Of a stretch of 64,000 nt of DNA, positions 59,260 through 64,000 are shown one piece after another. Positions within the stretch are counted from its first letter, which is position 1; each line of letters begins with the position of its first letter. The position numbers were made by a program, and so were the translations under genes. The DNA is from Candidatus Latescibacterota bacterium (lineage in GTDB: Bacteria; Latescibacterota; UBA2968; UBA8231): NCBI GenBank assembly GCA_965215195.1, contig CBDCDC010000002.1, positions 2,336,001 to 2,400,000 of the forward strand. Direction: 5' to 3'. The notes below the pieces were generated by a model, which had not been told where the DNA came from, made no database searches, and was given only the letters and a program-made list of their open reading frames with translations.

Positions 59260-62200
59260 ATGAAGTCTTTGATCGGCAGCCTCATCGGATTGATGTTGAG
59301 CGTCTGCCCCTCGAACGGAACCGAGCAACCCTACTCGCCCCAAGAGCTAAAAGCAGCGAAAGCAGAACTGCGTACGCACAATCGGTTGTGGACGTTTGAG
59401 GCGGGGGCCGTACTCGGCCGTGAATGGACGAGCCGCGCACCAGAGGACGCCGAGCTGCGGGCACTCTACGCGCGTCAGCTACACGGGCAGTTGTACGGAT
59501 GCCGAGAGATCCAAGAGCAAGCTGACGCGATCTTGGAACGGGAGCCGGACAACCCGTGGGGACTCTACGTGCAAGCACTCGCGTTTCTGGCGGACAGGGA
59601 ACATTCCGAGGCGGCCGAGTCCAGCCTGCGCGCCTATATGCAGCAGCCTCGGCCGGAGTTTGCCGCGACGCACCTTCAGGCGCTTAGGTTTAGAAACGCG
59701 GAGGCGGGGAGGGCATTTCTCGACTCGCTGGATGCGGCGACCCGCCAGCATCCCGAGGTCCTCCATGCCCGGGCGGAATTCGAGTACTGGGCACAGTACA
59801 GGCTGGAGGATCCCGCCTATGCGGACACGAGCCTCGCCACCTTGGCCACGCTTCGAGCGCATTGGCCCAACCACGTCAGCGGCTACCTGCGCGCCGCAGA
59901 ACAGCTCTACCAAGCCGATAAGCCGAAGGAGGCGCTCCCGCTGATCGAAGAGGCCGTGCGCCTTGCCCCGAGCTCGGCGGACGTGCGCTCTTGTCATTGG
60001 CAGATTCTCAACGAGACGGATCAGCGCCCGGCCATTGAGGCCAGCATCACCGCGTACCGGAAGGCCGTGCCGGAGACCGTGCGCGGCCTCGCCCTGCTCA
60101 CCACGACTTATAGGAACGTACTCGAGGACCAAGAAAAGGCAGAGGCGTTTGAGGCGAAGCTGCTGGCGCGGGCGCCTGCGGGCCGACATGCGTCGCGGAT
60201 CCACCAAGGGAAGTTCGAACGGGAGTACCGACGATTACAGTCCGAGTTGGAGCGCATCGGCCACAAGGACGCGCCGGAGTACCAAGATCAGCTTCGCCTC
60301 CTGTGCGACGCGGCCTATCAGCTCCTCGAAAAACCTCTCTACGACGATAGCTTCCGCGAGCGACCGTACCGAGCGCTCTTCGGTGCCCTAAGTGCCATGA
60401 ACCCGGTTCCGGCCGAGGAACTCGCCGAGGCGGTGCGCACCTTGGTTAGGTACGAGCGGCTCAACCCGCGCCTAACGTACAGGGCCCTTATCTTGATGGC
60501 CGACCACGCGCCGCACGCCGAGGAAGCGGCCGCAATCGCTCGGGGCGTCATACCAGCCATGCTCAAGAGGGCCGCAGAGGAAGCGTGGGGAAAGCGTCGG
60601 CTGAACTACTACTTGGGCCTCGTCCACGACGCCCTCGGATGGACGCTCTACAAAGCAGGTCGCGTCGCGGAAGGCCGCAAAGAGCTTGAGCGGGCCCTGG
60701 AGCTTTCGCACAGAAACACCCGTGCTCACTATCACTTAGGCCAAGTGTTCGAGCACATGGCGACCGAGGCCGAGGAAGCCGGCACTTGGCTCGACAAGGC
60801 GGCGGACGCCTACATCGCCGGCCTCGAGATCCGATCTTGGGGACCCAACCCCTGCGAGGCGGCCTTAGTCGCGCTGTACGAGCGTCGGCACGGCTCGCGC
60901 GAAGGGTTCGACGAGTATCTCGCCACGCTCCGCGCCGAGGACTCTTCCAGTCAGATCCGCTTAACGCCCAAAATTGACCTCCATCTCGAACCGGTGCCGG
61001 TCGAAGGGCTTCCCGACCGCACGCTCAATCTCCCGCCCGGCTTTAAGGTCAAGCTCTTCTCCGACCAAGTAGATAAAGCCCGCTATATGGCTTGGGACGA
61101 CCAAGGCGTCTTGCACGTGGCCAACATGAAGCAGCGGGGAGGGAATCCGTGGAGCCCGGTCTCGGGCCGCCAAGGCACGGTGTTGGCCTTGCCCGACCAA
61201 GACGGCGATGGTCGCGCCGACACTGTGTACAAAGCGGTCGACGACCTTAACTGGCCCCACAGCATCGCCTTCTACCAAGGGGCACTCTTCGTGGCTGATG
61301 ACGATGCGATCTACCGCCTCGAAGACCGGGACGCGGACGGCTTCTACGAGGAGCGCACCGTCTTCGCCGAGGTGCCCGGTTTCATGGGTCGTGCCGTTGA
61401 GCACGTGACGCATACGCTGGTTTTCGACGAATCCAACGACAAGCTCTACTTCCACATTGGCTCAGGTTGCGACATCTGCCGCGAAGACGATCCAGAACGC
61501 TCCACGGTCATGCAGATGAACACCGACGGCACGGGACGGCGGATCTTTGCCTCTGGGCTGCGCAATGCCATCGGCCTCGACTTGCACCCGGTCACCGGCC
61601 AACTATGGGCTGCCAACACGGGGCATGATCGCGAGGGCCCAAACCTGCCGCCGGAGTGGATCACCCCCCTCCGCGACGGCGGCTTCTATGGCTGGCCGTT
61701 TGCTTACGGGGACAAAGTCTGGACCGATTTCTCCACCTACGGAAGGTCAATTTTTCCGCTGACCGCTGCCGATTCGCTGTCGGTTGCCAACATGGATACT
61801 CCAGCCATCCTCATTCCCGCCCACTTGGCACCCATGGCGCTGCATTTCTACACGCACGACCCGTTCCCTTCCCAGTACAAACACGCTGCATTTGTCGCCT
61901 GCCGCGCCGGCGCCTTGGGCAACGATCCCGGCTACAAGGTCATGGCGCTTTTTGCCGCGCCCGATGGGTCCAACGCCCGCGTCGCCGATTTTCTCACCGG
62001 CTTCCGCCTCGATTCCAGCGAGGACGACAAAGATGGCGGATTGGGTGGGTTATTCGGTTTTTTCTCTTTTAATTCCGCTAACGTGTGGGGTAAGCCCGTT
62101 GGGCTGACTACTGACGAGGCTGGACGCCTCTATTTAACCAGCGACGAAATCACCCAAGCCATCTTTCGCATTGAGGCCAGCCCCCTCCAAGGCACGTGGG

Positions 62201-62505
62201 AAAACCCCCCGCCCGACACCTTGCTCGCCGGCGCAGCACTACCTTTGCGTTCGACAATTCGCCTCCGGCGGCAGGTAGCAGACGCCGAGCCAGCACAGCT
62301 AACGGCCAATTTAGCTGCGCTGGGCGGCTCGGAGGCGTTGCCGTTGCAACGAATAGACGATCAGACCTATCGCCTCGAAGCCGACCTCTCGGCCGGTGAA
62401 CACAATGGCCGCAAAAAGCTGGTGGTGCATCTCGCCCAAGGCGACGAGGCGACCAAACTGGTGCATTCTATCGTCGTGCTGCCCAGAGAGACGCTATCGC
62501 CTTAG
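59260..62505 (+). CDS. TPR-repeat protein fused to a glucose/sorbosone (PQQ-type beta-propeller) dehydrogenase domain
   Basis: Signal-like N-terminus; helical TPRs (DALGWTLYKAG..A.YHLG); LPPGFKVKLF, ASGLRNAIGL..HP.TG.LW, GFYGWP, PAHLAPMAL, GKPVGL..D..G.LY..SD. Confidence 0.8.
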   Translation: MKSLIGSLIGLMLSVCPSNGTEQPYSPQELKAAKAELRTHNRLWTFEAGAVLGREWTSRAPEDAELRALYARQLHGQLYGCREIQEQADAILEREPDNPWGLYVQALAFLADREHSEAAESSLRAYMQQPRPEFAATHLQALRFRNAEAGRAFLDSLDAATRQHPEVLHARAEFEYWAQYRLEDPAYADTSLATLATLRAHWPNHVSGYLRAAEQLYQADKPKEALPLIEEAVRLAPSSADVRSCHWQILNETDQRPAIEASITAYRKAVPETVRGLALLTTTYRNVLEDQEKAEAFEAKLLARAPAGRHASRIHQGKFEREYRRLQSELERIGHKDAPEYQDQLRLLCDAAYQLLEKPLYDDSFRERPYRALFGALSAMNPVPAEELAEAVRTLVRYERLNPRLTYRALILMADHAPHAEEAAAIARGVIPAMLKRAAEEAWGKRRLNYYLGLVHDALGWTLYKAGRVAEGRKELERALELSHRNTRAHYHLGQVFEHMATEAEEAGTWLDKAADAYIAGLEIRSWGPNPCEAALVALYERRHGSREGFDEYLATLRAEDSSSQIRLTPKIDLHLEPVPVEGLPDRTLNLPPGFKVKLFSDQVDKARYMAWDDQGVLHVANMKQRGGNPWSPVSGRQGTVLALPDQDGDGRADTVYKAVDDLNWPHSIAFYQGALFVADDDAIYRLEDRDADGFYEERTVFAEVPGFMGRAVEHVTHTLVFDESNDKLYFHIGSGCDICREDDPERSTVMQMNTDGTGRRIFASGLRNAIGLDLHPVTGQLWAANTGHDREGPNLPPEWITPLRDGGFYGWPFAYGDKVWTDFSTYGRSIFPLTAADSLSVANMDTPAILIPAHLAPMALHFYTHDPFPSQYKHAAFVACRAGALGNDPGYKVMALFAAPDGSNARVADFLTGFRLDSSEDDKDGGLGGLFGFFSFNSANVWGKPVGLTTDEAGRLYLTSDEITQAIFRIEASPLQGTWENPPPDTLLAGAALPLRSTIRLRRQVADAEPAQLTANLAALGGSEALPLQRIDDQTYRLEADLSAGEHNGRKKLVVHLAQGDEATKLVHSIVVLPRETLSP

Positions 62506-62580
62506 AAGCCGTCTGAAAACGAAGGTTTCGCTCTCGGCCTTGACGCCGAGCCGCTGGGATCGAGGGCGTCTCGCCCTCGA
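62505..62580. repeat. Intergenic REP-like palindromic element
   Basis: gaagccgtctgaaaac plus gggatcgagggcgtctcgccctcg, shared with 6816-6911. Confidence 0.6.
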
Positions 62581-62595
62581 AACATCCGTTATAAA

Positions 62596-63804
62596 ATGAA
62601 CCGCCTCTCGCTCATCGTCCTGTGCTGTGTGTCCCTGTACTCCTGCGTCAAAAGCCTCGTTGACCCGGACATCCAGCCTTTGTCCGGGTCAAGCCCCCAA
62701 ATAATGGTCCACTACATGCCTTGGTACGCCTCCAAACCCGTCAGCGGCGAGTGGGGTTGGCACTGGACCATGAATCACTTTGATCCCGATGCAATCGCCG
62801 ACGATGGCCGCCGCGAAATAGCCTCTCATTACTACCCACTGATCGGGCCGTACGATTCAAACGACCCACGCGCATTGGAATGTCACGTATTGCTTATGAA
62901 ATTCGCGGGCATCGACGGCGCAATCATCGACTGGTACGGCATTAAAGATCACCGCGATTACGCCGCGATCCACCGCAATACCAATCACCTAATCGCGTAC
63001 ATCAAAAAGGCCGGATTGAGCTTTGCAATATGTTACGAAGACCAATCGATAAAGCACCTCGTCGACGATGGGATCCTCCGCGCAAGCCAAGCTCTTAGCC
63101 ACGGCCAAGATGTCTTGCGCTGGATGCAGGACCACTGGTTTGTCGCCGACGAATACGCCAAGATCGCTGGCCGGCCCCTGCTCCTCGTATTCGGGCCGCA
63201 GTACTTCAAAGGGGCGCAGTGGAAGCAGCTATTTTCGGGCTTGCCGCAACCTCCGTCCTTCTACACCCTGAACGCTCTTGAGGAAGGGGCCGACGGGGTA
63301 TTCGGCTGGCCTCCAGTACACGGCGGTCGCGTCGTGCCTCCGGCCGCTTGGCGCGCGTACCTAAGCCAGCTCTACGAGCAGGGTGGCGTTGGCACGGCCT
63401 TTCCCAAGTTCCACGACATCTACGAGGAAGCCGGTGTGCGCGCAAGCTACGGGTACTTAGACGACCAAGAAGGCGCGGTTTTTGCGGAGACGCTAGAACG
63501 CGCCGGGGAAAGCGCGTCCCTGATCCAGATCGCCACTTGGAACGATTACGGCGAGGGCTCCATAATTGAGCCGACCGCAGAATTCGGCTATCGCTATCTC
63601 GAAGCGATACAGGACTACCGCAAAAAGCAAGCCGACAAGACCTTTCCGTACCGCCCAGAAGATCTGCGGCTGCCCATCGCGCTATACCAGCTTCGCCAGC
63701 AAGCCGCGGCGGACGGGCTGGCGGCCGTACACCTCGACAGCGCAGCAGCGCTTATGTTCGCGTCTGAAATTGAGGCCGCGAGAAAAATGCTGCTGCGGGA
63801 GTAA
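62596..63804 (+). CDS. Glycoside hydrolase family 99/71-like lipoprotein
   Basis: Lipobox-like LYSC; VHYMPWY, YYPLIGPYDS.D, GIDG.IIDWYG, QIATWNDYGEG..IEP. Confidence 0.8.
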   Translation: MNRLSLIVLCCVSLYSCVKSLVDPDIQPLSGSSPQIMVHYMPWYASKPVSGEWGWHWTMNHFDPDAIADDGRREIASHYYPLIGPYDSNDPRALECHVLLMKFAGIDGAIIDWYGIKDHRDYAAIHRNTNHLIAYIKKAGLSFAICYEDQSIKHLVDDGILRASQALSHGQDVLRWMQDHWFVADEYAKIAGRPLLLVFGPQYFKGAQWKQLFSGLPQPPSFYTLNALEEGADGVFGWPPVHGGRVVPPAAWRAYLSQLYEQGGVGTAFPKFHDIYEEAGVRASYGYLDDQEGAVFAETLERAGESASLIQIATWNDYGEGSIIEPTAEFGYRYLEAIQDYRKKQADKTFPYRPEDLRLPIALYQLRQQAAADGLAAVHLDSAAALMFASEIEAARKMLLRE

Positions 63805-63812
63805 TGCCCTGC

Positions 63813-63916
63813 CTAAGTACACGACAGTTGGGATTTAACCTCGGATCGAGGGCGTCTCGCCCTCGATCCCGGACTCATCGCCCATCAAAGACAAATTATT
63901 GGTGTCGTGTAGTTAG
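63813..63916 (+). mobile_element. MITE copy D (104 bp, diverged)
   Basis: Ends ctaagtacacgaca / tgtcgtgtagttag; internal gatcgagggcgtctcgccctcgatc palindrome; flanks atgccctgc / gtgctttac match only 5/9. Confidence 0.65.
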
Positions 63917-64000
63917 GTGCTTTACAAATGACGTATCCAGACTAGGCGGCGACCGCGTTCCATTGACTAGAGCCAACAGAGGGAATACCCTTTGACGACC

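Overview
GC-rich bacterial window with two distinct halves. 1-22.8 kb is a mixed metabolic region: two UxuA-like mannonate dehydratases, two aldo/keto reductases, a TIM-barrel sugar isomerase, sulfatase, glutathione peroxidase, hemF, psd, a HicA-like toxin-antitoxin pair, an ornithine cyclodeaminase-family gene, an EamA transporter and a PHP hydrolase. Copies of a small MITE with 9-bp target-site duplications interrupt it. 22.9-59.2 kb is one co-directional accessory locus. A beta-propeller/sigma-54 activator gene is followed by a consensus -24/-12 promoter and then by an A24 prepilin-type peptidase, an FMN-binding CxxC protein and two TlpA-like thioredoxins. Next come three ~2.84-kb tandem cassettes, each pairing a 6-Cys hypervariable secreted peptide with a ~730-aa FG-GAP/FlgD-Ig protein. 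The rest holds six more FG-GAP paralogs, a glycosyltransferase-transglutaminase fusion, a GT2, three DUF4159-like proteins and clear deletion scars. This looks like a diversifying disulfide-peptide/surface-protein system that I cannot match to a named pathway. The window ends with a TPR-sugar dehydrogenase fusion and a GH99/71-like lipoprotein. The FlgD/T9SS-like C-termini and gene content suggest an FCB-related lineage such as Latescibacterota or Gemmatimonadota, but this is inference. All family calls come from motif recognition by eye; no searches were run.
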